Source of the DNA: a virus
Lineage: Duplodnaviria > Heunggongvirae > Uroviricota > Caudoviricetes
Length of the DNA stretch: 64,000 nucleotides
Virus record (IMG/VR): IMGVR_UViG_3300046522_000748
Strand: one strand, 5' to 3'
This document shows, in pieces, positions 29,177-39,000 of this stretch. The translations under genes were made by a program, and so were the position numbers. The stretch's first letter is position 1; each line of letters starts with the position of its first letter. A model generated the notes under the pieces. It worked only from the letters and a program-made list of their open reading frames with translations, made no database searches and was not told the DNA's origin.

Positions 29177-29644
29177 CTAACCTGATTTTTGAACAAGGTG
29201 ATAGCCTGAAATCAATCGAATGGGTTTTCCATCTGCCCATTCTTTCGCTGCTTTTGTGTAACCCGACAGCGCCACAATAAAGACTTGCTCATGTTGTTGG
29301 GCGTGCATCAGCCCAAACATCTCTCGAACAACGGCCACCCCTACCCGTCCCTTCCAGTGTTTACATTGCACGATGGCTTGCTTGCCATTTTTTGTTATCA
29401 ACAAGTCCATTCCATTATCGGCACCGCCCAAGCCGGTCATGGTGACTTTGTACCCTTTGGTCTTGAAGTAACCTGAGCATACATGTTCAAAATCTTGCCA
29501 TGACAGATTTTTCAGCGCTTCAATGCCTTTTTTGGCACTACGATGAAACAAATTAGTTTTTCTGTGTCTTGATTTGAGATCAAGTAAAGGTTCAATAGCC
29601 AATAACAATGGCATCATGGCTACAAAAATATACGCAGTGTTCAT
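29177..29644 (-). CDS. Mrr_cat-domain endonuclease with N-terminal membrane anchor
   Basis: WQDFEHVC...GADNGMDL...IVQCKHWKGRVGVAVVREMFG. Confidence 0.85.
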   Translation of the reverse strand: MNTAYIFVAMMPLLLAIEPLLDLKSRHRKTNLFHRSAKKGIEALKNLSWQDFEHVCSGYFKTKGYKVTMTGLGGADNGMDLLITKNGKQAIVQCKHWKGRVGVAVVREMFGLMHAQQHEQVFIVALSGYTKAAKEWADGKPIRLISGYHLVQKSG

Positions 29645-29715
29645 CAGTAGTAGTTTAGGTTATTGGGTTATGACTATTACAGATACTTAAACACATTAAT
29701 ATATTGCAAATCAAT

Positions 29716-29741
29716 AAAAAGCCGAACAAGAGTTCGGCTTT
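29716..29741. terminator. Intrinsic terminator
   Basis: aaaagccgaac-aaga-gttcggctttt. Confidence 0.8.
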
Positions 29742-29775
29742 TGTGTTTTTGGAGCAGTATTGCTGAATGGTCTGA

Positions 29776-30654
29776 TTATGCCGCGACCAGGACAAAGCGA
29801 TTCATATCCAGAGCGAAAGCTTCAACTGGAACCACCTCTGATTTGCCTGTTGAAACTTTATCGGCGGCGTCACCACTGACGTAGCTGGTTGCAATCTCTA
29901 CCTGATCATCATTCAGGCCGACAATTTTCACCAAGTGGAAGCAATTGGTCAGGCTGGTATCATGCCAAACCTGCCCTGCTGCCAATTCTGGCAAAATTGC
30001 CTTCAGAACACCTTCCAGTGTCTGGCCAGCTGGCACAAAGCGCTTGCTGAGAAGGCCAGTAGCAGTCAATTCAGTGAGATTCTTGCTGACGTATTCATAA
30101 CCACCCGCCTTGCCGTTGAATCGACCTTCCAGGGCGAATGTTGGTTTGGCGTAATTCACGGCCTGTGGGCGAGATCCAGGAACATCAGTCGAATAACGGG
30201 TGACAATTTGAACCTTGCCGTCAATCTTGTCGCCGACCACCTGCACGTAGCGCATGCGAGTGCCCTTCAGCTCACGCCAGATCTCGCCAGTGAGCGGTTC
30301 TGCCTTGGGCAGCGCCGAGATACTGAGAGTGCCTAGGTCAACCTTGCTGGCTTCTACCAGGGCGCGCTTGTGCAGGCCTTGAGCGAACAGAATGATGCCC
30401 AGCTGCTTGGCGTTGAACTCTTTGAGATTTTTGGCGATGTAGCTGTACCCTTCCGACATGCCATGAAAGCGATCAGCACGAGGATAGGTAATCATGCCGT
30501 TCTCAATTACCTGGGGAAGACTGTATTTCTCTTCACTGCGAAAAATGGTGGTGATTTCAACGCGACCGTGGCTATCGGCTTCTCGTGTGACCTGAACGTA
30601 ACGGGTCACTGGGGATTTGTTGTCTTTCCAAATTTCATATTTATGTGCTTTCAC
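29776..30654 (-). CDS. Hypothetical protein with three internal repeats
   Basis: EIW..RYVQV...V.I.T...RF.G...GY.Y..KNL.E repeated. Confidence 0.75.
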   Translation of the reverse strand: MKAHKYEIWKDNKSPVTRYVQVTREADSHGRVEITTIFRSEEKYSLPQVIENGMITYPRADRFHGMSEGYSYIAKNLKEFNAKQLGIILFAQGLHKRALVEASKVDLGTLSISALPKAEPLTGEIWRELKGTRMRYVQVVGDKIDGKVQIVTRYSTDVPGSRPQAVNYAKPTFALEGRFNGKAGGYEYVSKNLTELTATGLLSKRFVPAGQTLEGVLKAILPELAAGQVWHDTSLTNCFHLVKIVGLNDDQVEIATSYVSGDAADKVSTGKSEVVPVEAFALDMNRFVLVAA

Positions 30655-31004
30655 GAGATAAGTCCTAATGCGTTAAGAGAGAAAATAATTGTGTGGTTAA
30701 TGCCAGCAACGCCGCGAGTGGAAATCTGTCATATTGACTCAATCAGCGGCACATCCATCCATCGGTCACAGTCAGTGCGGGTGACACTTGCGGTTTAGAT
30801 ATATTGAAATTATCTACAAGAATTCCTGACTTGTCCAGCTTTTCATATGCATTTCTGCATATTTGGCAATTTTTTCTTCCAAATCGAAGGCCAGCCTCGA
30901 TTGCGGCCATTGTTTTGTCGAAAATATAGATAGCTTGGCGCCTTCTCCCCTTCAGATCACGTCCTAAATACTGTATACTTTGGTGATTATTAATATATCC
31001 CGGT

Positions 31005-31502
31005 GTGCCACCGAAATGGCCAGCGGGTTCTTTGGAGCTTTGCATGAACCTCAGACACCACGGCGCGCTTATCTTTGCTGGATCATTTATCTCGCTACTC
31101 CTTTTGATGTTCCTGGCAATGACCATCTATACGAAGACCGTGACGTATGAGTTCACCGTCAATCAGGATCTATCCTTGACCCTGGTGGAGGCGAAGGAAG
31201 TGCCGGTCGGCGATAAAGAGACGGAATCCACCTTGGCGTTTGTCGATCTCACCGGAAAGCGCTATTCGCAGACGCTGAGATTTACCAGAACGCACGATTC
31301 ACAGTGCTTTGATTACTACAAAAGCAGAATGGGTCAGACCATCATTCTCAAGCAGGAAAAAGGCATTGCCACTTCATTCTTCGGTAGCCATGAGTTCGAC
31401 CATACAATTGACAGCAATGGCGTGATCTTTGAAGCCTGCTGGTATGCACAGAGAAAGGTAATGGATGAAAAAATACTGAGAAAGAAAGCTGCAAACCAGT
31501 GA
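31005..31502 (+). CDS. Membrane-anchored hypothetical protein
   Basis: N-terminal TM; hairpin terminator at 31506-31530. Confidence 0.55.
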   Translation: MPPKWPAGSLELCMNLRHHGALIFAGSFISLLLLMFLAMTIYTKTVTYEFTVNQDLSLTLVEAKEVPVGDKETESTLAFVDLTGKRYSQTLRFTRTHDSQCFDYYKSRMGQTIILKQEKGIATSFFGSHEFDHTIDSNGVIFEACWYAQRKVMDEKILRKKAANQ

Positions 31503-31564
31503 TACAAAAAGCGCTCCAGGTGAGCGCTTTATTTTTGCTGTTGTGGAAAACGCAGATCTGGCTC

Positions 31565-32158
31565 TTATGTGGAGGGCTTTTGATCCTGCAAGAGCTTGGA
31601 TTTTTCTTCTGCCCATCTGGACTGTACTTCGGACGGCTCAATCACCTGTTTTTCTAGCCAGCGATACACCGACGCAAACCGGTCTTTGGCGAAATACAAT
31701 CGGGGATCAGTTTTGAATTCTTCCTGATCCGTGAGGACAATCCATTTGTTTTCATTTATGGGATCTCGCTTAACGACCCAGGCGCTAGGAGTGAGTTCCA
31801 TCACCCTCACCCGCCGTTGGTTTTTAAAGCTCACCTCGCTCCCGGTTTCCGTACCGTCCAACTTGACGATCCGCATGTAAGCGTAAGTCATGGATTCTGT
31901 CGTATCAGTGGTAATAAACGCCACGGAAAGGACGTTCTCCATTCCGAGATAACGCAGGTCGGAGGCAATGAGCTTGGAGACCTCAGCGCTCAACACCTCG
32001 TTTTCCTGAAGAAAGTTGTTAGGGGCATAGGCGTAAATTCTCTTATGTACCCCATTCGCTAGCACGATTCCCAGCGCTACAAGTAGTGCCGTCAAGAGGA
32101 GAACGAGCACAAGGCGCGTGTTGGTAAAGGCGTTGGCCGCTGTTATCTCGGGATTCAT
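31565..32158 (-). CDS. Membrane-anchored protein, paralogue family D
   Basis: YAYAPN...YAY...WVVKRD.I...KW. Confidence 0.7.
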   Translation of the reverse strand: MNPEITAANAFTNTRLVLVLLLTALLVALGIVLANGVHKRIYAYAPNNFLQENEVLSAEVSKLIASDLRYLGMENVLSVAFITTDTTESMTYAYMRIVKLDGTETGSEVSFKNQRRVRVMELTPSAWVVKRDPINENKWIVLTDQEEFKTDPRLYFAKDRFASVYRWLEKQVIEPSEVQSRWAEEKSKLLQDQKPST

Positions 32159-32167
32159 CGTCTGTCC

Positions 32168-32545
32168 TTAGGCCTTAAAAAGCAGACTTCGGATGACCTC
32201 CAGGCCATCTTGGAAGCCTTTCAGCAGGGTTTTCTGCTGCATTTTTGTCATTTCTGTCTGGCTTTCAGGGTCAACGCAGTAACCAATCATTTCGCCCAGT
32301 TTCTTCTTGGCATTGGATTCCTGCTGATCGTCGATCATCGCGAAATCGTAGATGCAATCGATATCAACAATATCGGCGCCGTCTGCTTGATAGCGGACGC
32401 CAGAATGGATCAAGACCAAGCATGGATACTGGGCCGGAGTTTGGGAGGGCTCAAAGACATTGTGCTTCTGAAAGTACGCCTGGAACTCAGCTTCACTCTG
32501 CGCAACAAAGTGTTTGATTTGGTTCAGGCTGATCATCGCTTTCAT
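32168..32545 (-). CDS. Hypothetical protein (start MKAMISL)
   Basis: Promoter -10 at 32575 excludes the longer start. Confidence 0.6.
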   Translation of the reverse strand: MKAMISLNQIKHFVAQSEAEFQAYFQKHNVFEPSQTPAQYPCLVLIHSGVRYQADGADIVDIDCIYDFAMIDDQQESNAKKKLGEMIGYCVDPESQTEMTKMQQKTLLKGFQDGLEVIRSLLFKA

Positions 32546-32574
32546 GAAATTATCTCTGTGAGGTAGTGGCGACA

Positions 32575-32613
32575 ATTATGCCCACACCTCACAGAAATGT
32601 CAATATCACTGAC
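32575..32613 (-). promoter_or_regulatory. sigma70 promoter + operator
   Basis: TTGACA-N17-CATAAT; gtcaatatcactgac contains upstream TGA stop. Confidence 0.85.
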
Positions 32614-33187
32614 TGCCAACATCAGCAAATTTGCCGTTTTGAGTGCTTCCCCATTTAAGCCGCGCCAGATAGGGCACTATGGCTTTTTTTGTGCCGTAGT
32701 AGGCATCTTCCAGGCTTTCGTTCACCTTTCGGTTGGTCGGATATTTGGCGTATTCTGAGCCGTCCGTGTACACCTTCCAGCGAGCCGGATCGAGAGAATC
32801 TCGCTTGATGACCCATGTTGAAAGATCGGGATGGAAAAATTCAGATGAGTAGATTTTGCCATCTTGAGCCTTTACATAAGCATAGCCTGGATCAGGGTCG
32901 CGTTCCTCAGAGTTTTGTTGCTCTGTGTAGATTACCGCAATGTCGATGAAATCGAGTGCCTTGAACTCCGACTTGGAAATCCTTTCAGAGAGATTGGTAC
33001 TCAGTACTTCGTTAACACGCAAAAAGACTGGATGGTTATGCCCATCGGATTTTTCATCGCTCAACAGGATGTTTGGTGCGTATACGTACAGGCTCTTATA
33101 CGGCGCGAAAACCATGGTGATCACCACTGTCAGCGCCAGCAGACACATGACAATGGTGGATTTTTTGACACTAATCTCAGATGGCAT
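32606..33187 (-). CDS. Membrane-anchored protein, paralogue family D
   Basis: YVYAPN...YAY...WVIKRDSL...RW. Confidence 0.7.
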   Translation of the reverse strand: MPSEISVKKSTIVMCLLALTVVITMVFAPYKSLYVYAPNILLSDEKSDGHNHPVFLRVNEVLSTNLSERISKSEFKALDFIDIAVIYTEQQNSEERDPDPGYAYVKAQDGKIYSSEFFHPDLSTWVIKRDSLDPARWKVYTDGSEYAKYPTNRKVNESLEDAYYGTKKAIVPYLARLKWGSTQNGKFADVGSQ

Positions 33188-33208
33188 TGATCTCTTCCAA
33201 TAAGTGAA

Positions 33209-33667
33209 TTATTTGTCGCTTTGGACTTTTGCGACAAATTCTTTCATATTCTTCCAGGATTCGGCGGCTAGCTCGCTTTCCCGATTTTCACGCTTTAGTT
33301 CAGCCGTGCCTATAGCAATCAGCGATTCGATCTCAGCAACGAGGCTCTGTACGTTGAATCGTTCAGCGCCAGACTTCAGCCAGACGCTAATGGAATCGGC
33401 TTCAATGGTGATGAGATTTATGCAAGATTTTTTTTTCGTGTCAAAAGGAAACGCGTCCCGAGTGGGACTGTACGACTCAAAATAAACGGTTGTTGTTCCC
33501 TCAAAGTACGAAATTCGTCGAATGTCATACGGGTTTTTGAACCCTTTCAGCAGATGAGTAACATAGATGCTGAATTCTTCGTTACGTGGCTTCAGGTGCA
33601 GGTCGTCAACGTCGAGTCGAACGACACGATCAAGGGTTCTGAATAGCCAGTTTTTAAATTTCTTCAC
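33209..33667 (-). CDS. Hypothetical protein
   Basis: GTGA-coupled. Confidence 0.6.
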   Translation of the reverse strand: MKKFKNWLFRTLDRVVRLDVDDLHLKPRNEEFSIYVTHLLKGFKNPYDIRRISYFEGTTTVYFESYSPTRDAFPFDTKKKSCINLITIEADSISVWLKSGAERFNVQSLVAEIESLIAIGTAELKRENRESELAAESWKNMKEFVAKVQSDK

Positions 33668-34266
33668 TGCGATTCCTCGGTGGTTGGATAGAGTGTGTAC
33701 ATACCTTGGCTAAGGCTCTCCTCCGTGGGGGTGAGGCTATTGCGAGTCTCATGATCGCCCCAGGCCAGAATTTCCAGGTCGCAGTCCTTCAGCAGAACTC
33801 GAATTCCGTCTTGAAACACCATAAAGCCGTCGATCACATCATCAGTGAAGGCGATAACAATCAGGAACCCCTCACTGTATTCTTGCTTAAGTTTTTCAAT
33901 ACCGGAGTCCTGGATAAGGCTTTCCATGATATCGAAATGAACGTGGATCGACGCTGCGTGCGAGCTTCGAACCTTGAAAAGTTCGCCGCCTTTGGTTTCA
34001 ACCAAAATCTGGAAGGCGCCATTGGGAATGGTGTGATCTTCAAGCAGAAACCATGTGGTGCCCGGTGGAGCATCCTCGACGCGACGCATGCCGCCGTACA
34101 TCAGGCCATCGCCATCTGGAGTAGGCGCCACGGTGTACACATTGGACTGCTTGTTCGCACCTGACCACGGCTCAAAGACAGCGTAAAGACCTGGGACTTG
34201 TGGGACAGTGAGTTTCCAACCGGTGGTCATAATTTCGTCCTGTGAAGAAAGAGTTAAGTTTGGCAT
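33664..34266 (-). CDS. Hypothetical protein
   Basis: 200-aa ORF. Confidence 0.65.
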   Translation of the reverse strand: MPNLTLSSQDEIMTTGWKLTVPQVPGLYAVFEPWSGANKQSNVYTVAPTPDGDGLMYGGMRRVEDAPPGTTWFLLEDHTIPNGAFQILVETKGGELFKVRSSHAASIHVHFDIMESLIQDSGIEKLKQEYSEGFLIVIAFTDDVIDGFMVFQDGIRVLLKDCDLEILAWGDHETRNSLTPTEESLSQGMYTLYPTTEESQ

Positions 34267-34295
34267 TCGGGGGTCACTACTGAATTCAGGAGTGA

Positions 34296-34511
34296 CTAGC
34301 CTTCATAGCCCCATGCCAGCGCGATGCAGTCTTCAAGATCAGAGAATCCAGACCCATCTTCAAACAGGTGGCTGGCACGCAGGCCGCAGTCTGTCTTGAC
34401 CAAAAAAATTCGATCCAGTCCGTTCTCATCTTTGCGCAGCTCGAAAGGAGGTCGTCCGTGCGTGGCAATTTCATGCCAGTGAATTTTGCTGCCTTTCACT
34501 TTCATGTTCAA
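34296..34511 (-). CDS. Small hypothetical protein
   Basis: Coupled to upstream gene. Confidence 0.55.
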   Translation of the reverse strand: MNMKVKGSKIHWHEIATHGRPPFELRKDENGLDRIFLVKTDCGLRASHLFEDGSGFSDLEDCIALAWGYEG

Positions 34512-34846
34512 ATTCCCTGCTTGACCGGTTTTTCGGTGGAATATTCCATCGTTTCGATATCCAGGTACTCGGCTTTCCCTGTTTCGAGGTTGAAGCGATC
34601 AAAAGACAGTCCCATCAGGTAAGCTGTTTTGATCGGGATGGGGCCGTCAAATACGCCTGCGTGTTCTGGGATAAAGTCCTTGTCACACTCTCGACACCAG
34701 AGGTGCTTCTCGAACTCAGACCACTCGGTCATTGAATTGCCACAGGAGCAATCTGACATGTCAAACTCTCGCGGTGGCGTTATATAGCACCATTTGCGTT
34801 TTGGCTTCTCGCCATCTGGGGCGACAACGACGTTCTGATTGCTCAC
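34508..34846 (-). CDS. Zn-ribbon hypothetical protein
   Basis: CSCGN...WSEFEKHLWCREC. Confidence 0.65.
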   Translation of the reverse strand: MSNQNVVVAPDGEKPKRKWCYITPPREFDMSDCSCGNSMTEWSEFEKHLWCRECDKDFIPEHAGVFDGPIPIKTAYLMGLSFDRFNLETGKAEYLDIETMEYSTEKPVKQGI

Positions 34847-34871
34847 TGGAAAACCCTCTCTTTGATTGGCT

Positions 34872-34909
34872 ATTATACCAGTCTATAGACTTTTGTCAAT
34901 GGTAATGAC
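34872..34909 (-). promoter_or_regulatory. sigma70 promoter + operator
   Basis: TTGACA-N16-TATAAT; gtcaatggtaatgac. Confidence 0.85.
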
Positions 34910-34932
34910 GCATCACCAGTGAGCACAGCACA

Positions 34933-35991
34933 GTGATCTCACCGGATATCTGTGATATTATCTGCAAAAATAAATCCTGCGGAGATTGGATAATGAAACA
35001 AAAGGCAATAGATGCCGCTGGTGATGAGGCGAGATCTCGCCCGGCAAAAAATGAAAATGTGGCTGCTGAGTATGCTCGTAGTTTGATGACAAAAAAGCAG
35101 AAACTGACACATTACTGGCGCAGACTAACCGCTGCTGACTATGGGAGAGTCAATCTTGAGGATGTATTGGATTGGACGAGAGCCAGTCAAATTATCATCC
35201 AAGGTCGAAACGTTGAAAAGAAGCACATTATCTTCAATAGGATTTTGGATAAGGACGGTATGAACTGGAAGCGAGGGGGATTTGCCTTTGTTGGCATGGA
35301 GCGAGCTATGCAAATAGAAGACGCCCTTGAACGCCAGGGAATTGAGGTCAATATTTTTATGATGCGCGACTTGCTGTCGAGCGGATTTGATTTTGAGTCC
35401 ATACGACTTCTCCCTGCGGGCGTAGTCACCGTTTTCGCTTATGACGGCACTGACTCTGAGGAAACCAAGAAGGAGGCCATAGATCGAGTGCGAGTGTTTC
35501 TGTCTGAGCAATTCTGGATGTATTTTGATCGTAATGATCCTTCTATCTGTAATGAGAAGCTGCTGACTCCAGAACCTGTGGAGGTTCGTAGAAAGAGAAT
35601 TGTGCCGCTAGTCTTTGAGGGGCTGTTGACCAGCTACAGTGGAGTAGGGTTATTTGGCGCTCAGATGCGATCATTTTTCACCACAGTTCACTTTGTGGAT
35701 CAGTCCTTTGCAGCAGGAACAAATTCTATTTTCGAGGCAGATGACCAAGCAGTTGTTGAGGAGGCGCGCTACCTTGTCGCCAATACTCACATGGTGCTTT
35801 TGCTAAAAGATGATGAGTTTAAGGGGGTCTATGATCGTGGGCGTTCTATCCATAATAGCCCTGTATTTGCTGAATCCTCATTGGAATTCCCCTCAAAACC
35901 TTGCTATGACGAGAGTGATCCCTATAACGCTGTCCTGACGACCGCTGGCGTTTATCTCTCAGTTGATCTGAAGAGGAAAGCAAAGAGCTAG
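34933..35991 (+). CDS. Hypothetical protein
   Basis: 352-aa ORF; start probably ~34993. Confidence 0.65.
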   Translation: MISPDICDIICKNKSCGDWIMKQKAIDAAGDEARSRPAKNENVAAEYARSLMTKKQKLTHYWRRLTAADYGRVNLEDVLDWTRASQIIIQGRNVEKKHIIFNRILDKDGMNWKRGGFAFVGMERAMQIEDALERQGIEVNIFMMRDLLSSGFDFESIRLLPAGVVTVFAYDGTDSEETKKEAIDRVRVFLSEQFWMYFDRNDPSICNEKLLTPEPVEVRRKRIVPLVFEGLLTSYSGVGLFGAQMRSFFTTVHFVDQSFAAGTNSIFEADDQAVVEEARYLVANTHMVLLLKDDEFKGVYDRGRSIHNSPVFAESSLEFPSKPCYDESDPYNAVLTTAGVYLSVDLKRKAKS

Positions 35992-36166
35992 TACAGCACC
36001 CTGCTGGCCCCTTTCCCGAAGGGGTTTTGCTCTCTTTTGTAATCAATACCTATGCATTCACTTGCACTTTGTCCGAAAAAGTGGAAGAGTAGATTGCCTG
36101 TCTGACTTATGCTTACTATGCTCTTCCAGGCAATCAAAAATTTTCTTAATCGGCAAGGTGCTCGAT

Positions 36167-36538
36167 ATGTCTCTAATCAATGAATACAATGCAACCGAAC
36201 AAGCCATCAAGGACTTGCAGGCAAAGATTGATGTCTTGCGCCAAGATCCGTCTTTGGCTCGCGAGTTGGAATTCAAAGACAAGCTGGTTGCACTGATGGA
36301 AGGCGGCAACAAGACCCTTCGTGATGTGATCGCCTTGCTTGATCCTCAGAGCCAGCGTCGTGGCAAATACGTTCCGATTGCAGCGTCTGGTCGTTCTGCA
36401 CGCCGTGTGAAGCGTTATAAGAACCCTCACAACGGTGAAGTCATCGAGACCAAGGGCGGGAACCACAAAGCCCTGCAAGAATGGAAAAAGAAATGGGGCG
36501 GGGATGAAGTCGAAGGTTGGGCGACTTACAAAGACTGA
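36167..36538 (+). CDS. MvaT-family H-NS-like nucleoid protein
   Basis: MSLINEY...ELEF..KL..LM...YKNPHNGEVIETKGGNHK.L.EWK.KWG; 123 aa. Confidence 0.93.
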   Translation: MSLINEYNATEQAIKDLQAKIDVLRQDPSLARELEFKDKLVALMEGGNKTLRDVIALLDPQSQRRGKYVPIAASGRSARRVKRYKNPHNGEVIETKGGNHKALQEWKKKWGGDEVEGWATYKD

Positions 36539-36555
36539 TTTTTCCTGATCGCCGA

Positions 36556-36579
36556 GGGAGCCGAAAGGCTCCCTTTTTT
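36556..36579 (+). terminator. Intrinsic terminator
   Basis: gggagcc-gaaa-ggctccc-tttttt. Confidence 0.85.
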
Positions 36580-36730
36580 GTCTTCAAAAATAGTCGCAAC
36601 TGATCTTCTGTCACGGCGTGTCTTAACATTTCTCTTATCAAAAATGACAGCATGACCGCTTTGTGAGAGTCGCTCGCTTGACTTAATTTAACCTAAATTA
36701 TATACTACCTCTAACTAATAGGGGCGTCAC

Positions 36731-37198
36731 ATGCTTTTTGACATTGGACAGCTAACTTCTTTTTTTGACACATTTGTAATCCTTTCGGTTACCACAAAAA
36801 AGCTCCTGATCTATGGGACAATCTTTAACCTCAGCCTGATCGCCTCAATTACACAAGAAATAGAAAAGTCGCTCGTAAGGATGGGAGCGTTTTTTTGTTT
36901 ATTGCTAGCGCCCTTTATGTTTTCTGTCTTAAGTGAAGGCGTCAATGCGAGATCTGTTAATGACCAGCCACTGATCATCGAATTGGCAGCCGATGTTATC
37001 TCCGGCCCAGCCTATGTTGGGGTGATAGCTTCGCTTGGCTTTGTGCTGTCGCTATTACCCCTCCTGGCAATGTTCTGGAAAAAGCTCTGGTTGAGTATTG
37101 GAAAGGCATCTGTAACCCGAGGTAGGTCGCTCAGCGCGCTTTCCTCTCGGCAACAATCGTCTAATCGAAAATCAGGCCGAGGCATTTTCAGGGACTGA
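36731..37198 (+). CDS. Membrane hypothetical protein
   Basis: 3-4 hydrophobic segments. Confidence 0.55.
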   Translation: MLFDIGQLTSFFDTFVILSVTTKKLLIYGTIFNLSLIASITQEIEKSLVRMGAFFCLLLAPFMFSVLSEGVNARSVNDQPLIIELAADVISGPAYVGVIASLGFVLSLLPLLAMFWKKLWLSIGKASVTRGRSLSALSSRQQSSNRKSGRGIFRD

Positions 37199-37255
37199 AT
37201 GACAAAGATCATTATTTTGCAAAGCTCTCGATAATTTCAACTTAAGGACTCACCA

Positions 37256-37732
37256 ATGGAAACAACAGTTGTAATCGGCCACTATTTCAAAGTCAGCTCG
37301 CAGGAAAAACTGCGCAAAGAAAGTAAGATGACTTGCGTGAATACCTCATGCAAAAATCATAAAAACAAGCTGCAAGAAAGTTTTTGTGGGAAATGCGGCG
37401 GGCAAGTGCAAGAAATGTCGTTTTCCGTGCCTATCACCTCAAATAATCCCTGGGACGTGCTTCCCAGACATCTTGCAGACGCGGTGTGCAGTTGGGAATA
37501 CGGTGATCAGGACGTATGGGGCATCAACATCAAAATCCCCGGTGGCTCCGGCTCTCGATTTGAAGAGCACCAGGGTGGCCCGGCGATTGTCATCACACCT
37601 GAACTCATTGTAAAAGAGCGCGAAGCTGTTCTTGGCAACGAAATCATGAAGGGTGTTATCGAGTACATGCAGCAGACGTACGGCCAAGATTCGATTAAAT
37701 TGGTTTACGGCGCATACTGCTACGCATCATAA
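37256..37732 (+). CDS. Zn-ribbon hypothetical protein
   Basis: CVNTSC...FCGKCG. Confidence 0.65.
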   Translation: METTVVIGHYFKVSSQEKLRKESKMTCVNTSCKNHKNKLQESFCGKCGGQVQEMSFSVPITSNNPWDVLPRHLADAVCSWEYGDQDVWGINIKIPGGSGSRFEEHQGGPAIVITPELIVKEREAVLGNEIMKGVIEYMQQTYGQDSIKLVYGAYCYAS

Positions 37733-37824
37733 CCACTCCACCAATAATGGTCAGCAATCACCAGCGAGGGGAAGGTGCAAAACAACGAGCAGCCAGTCTG
37801 CTCGTTTTCACATCCAATTGTCGG

Positions 37825-38154
37825 TTATTTAATCTTGGCAGCTACAGCCTTCTTTGAATCCCTTATGCAATTATCGACTGCCTGGGACAAGAATTGCTGG
37901 CGAGCAGCATCTTCTTTATGTTGAAGCGCGAAATTATAAGCCTCGATGTTCATTCGACCGATTACGGTGCTAGGGTCGAACTTGTAACGAGCGCCACGAT
38001 CTGCATTCTGCATGATTGTATTGAGGTTGTGAGATGTAGTTTGGCATTCAGCGTTTATTTCATCTCCCCGATTTTGGCCCTCAGCTTCAATTGACTGTGC
38101 TTGAGCAGCTGTCCCGCCAAACAGTGCCAAGGTCAAAAAGATCCAGTATTTCAT
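37825..38154 (-). CDS. Secreted hypothetical protein
   Basis: Signal peptide, Cys pair. Confidence 0.6.
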   Translation of the reverse strand: MKYWIFLTLALFGGTAAQAQSIEAEGQNRGDEINAECQTTSHNLNTIMQNADRGARYKFDPSTVIGRMNIEAYNFALQHKEDAARQQFLSQAVDNCIRDSKKAVAAKIK

Positions 38155-38184
38155 TCAGTAAGCTCCGATTTTCCTTGTAGTCTA

Positions 38185-38424
38185 TCAGTTAAAAGGCGAT
38201 TGCGAAGCGACTATACGAGGGCCTTTATAGTTTTCCAACATATCCTGTAGCTCCTCTTCTGCATTGCAATGGGTGCAGGCCTTGGCTTCGCGAGGGTGGC
38301 ATTTTCCGTGCTCAAGCGTCATATTGCGGAGCAATGTCATCACTCTGTGGAAACTCTCTGCATCGGCACGAATTTCTTGTTCAAGCATGTTGCACCTCTT
38401 CACGATTGATAGGTAGCCATTCAA
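38185..38424 (-). CDS. Small hypothetical protein
   Basis: CHP...CTHC. Confidence 0.45.
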   Translation of the reverse strand: MNGYLSIVKRCNMLEQEIRADAESFHRVMTLLRNMTLEHGKCHPREAKACTHCNAEEELQDMLENYKGPRIVASQSPFN

Positions 38425-38971
38425 ACTTGCGACCGCCCTCTCCTACTTCTGACTGGATTATCCGCCATTGTTCGGCAGTTATTTCCCGTGGGGATTTGGA
38501 GGCAAAAAACGCTGATCCTTTAATGTTGCTTCCCATTAGATAATTAAAGCACATCAGAACGAAATCTCGGCTTATGGCGCTACTGGAAGGAACAGTAATT
38601 GCCCCTGATCCGTCTCTGTTTTTTACGATAAAGACCTTCTTATCACCCCACTCTCGGTCTCTCTTACGAGAAAAACCGAGCGTTTCAGCAGTGGCCTTGG
38701 CGCGCAAGCCATCGCGGCGATGCATGAAGAACTCATGTTTTTCGTTTTCGAATGAATACAATCTACAGTCCGATTCATTCAAAAATTGGTTGCACAAACG
38801 AGTCAACCCACTACGCAAATCTGCTGGAATCCATCGGTGTTTTCCTTCCAGTGCATCCACAATTCCGCTGATCATGGACAATTCGCCAGCGCAAACAGCC
38901 AAAGTTTCGCGTTTTTTGCTTTGTTTAAAGTCCCAGAGCATAAGAACAAAATCAGTATCGTTTGTTTCCAT
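38381..38971 (-). CDS. Hypothetical protein
   Basis: 196-aa ORF. Confidence 0.6.
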   Translation of the reverse strand: METNDTDFVLMLWDFKQSKKRETLAVCAGELSMISGIVDALEGKHRWIPADLRSGLTRLCNQFLNESDCRLYSFENEKHEFFMHRRDGLRAKATAETLGFSRKRDREWGDKKVFIVKNRDGSGAITVPSSSAISRDFVLMCFNYLMGSNIKGSAFFASKSPREITAEQWRIIQSEVGEGGRKFEWLPINREEVQHA

Positions 38972-39000
38972 TTGTTCCTCGATATAATTCCGTAATTCGA

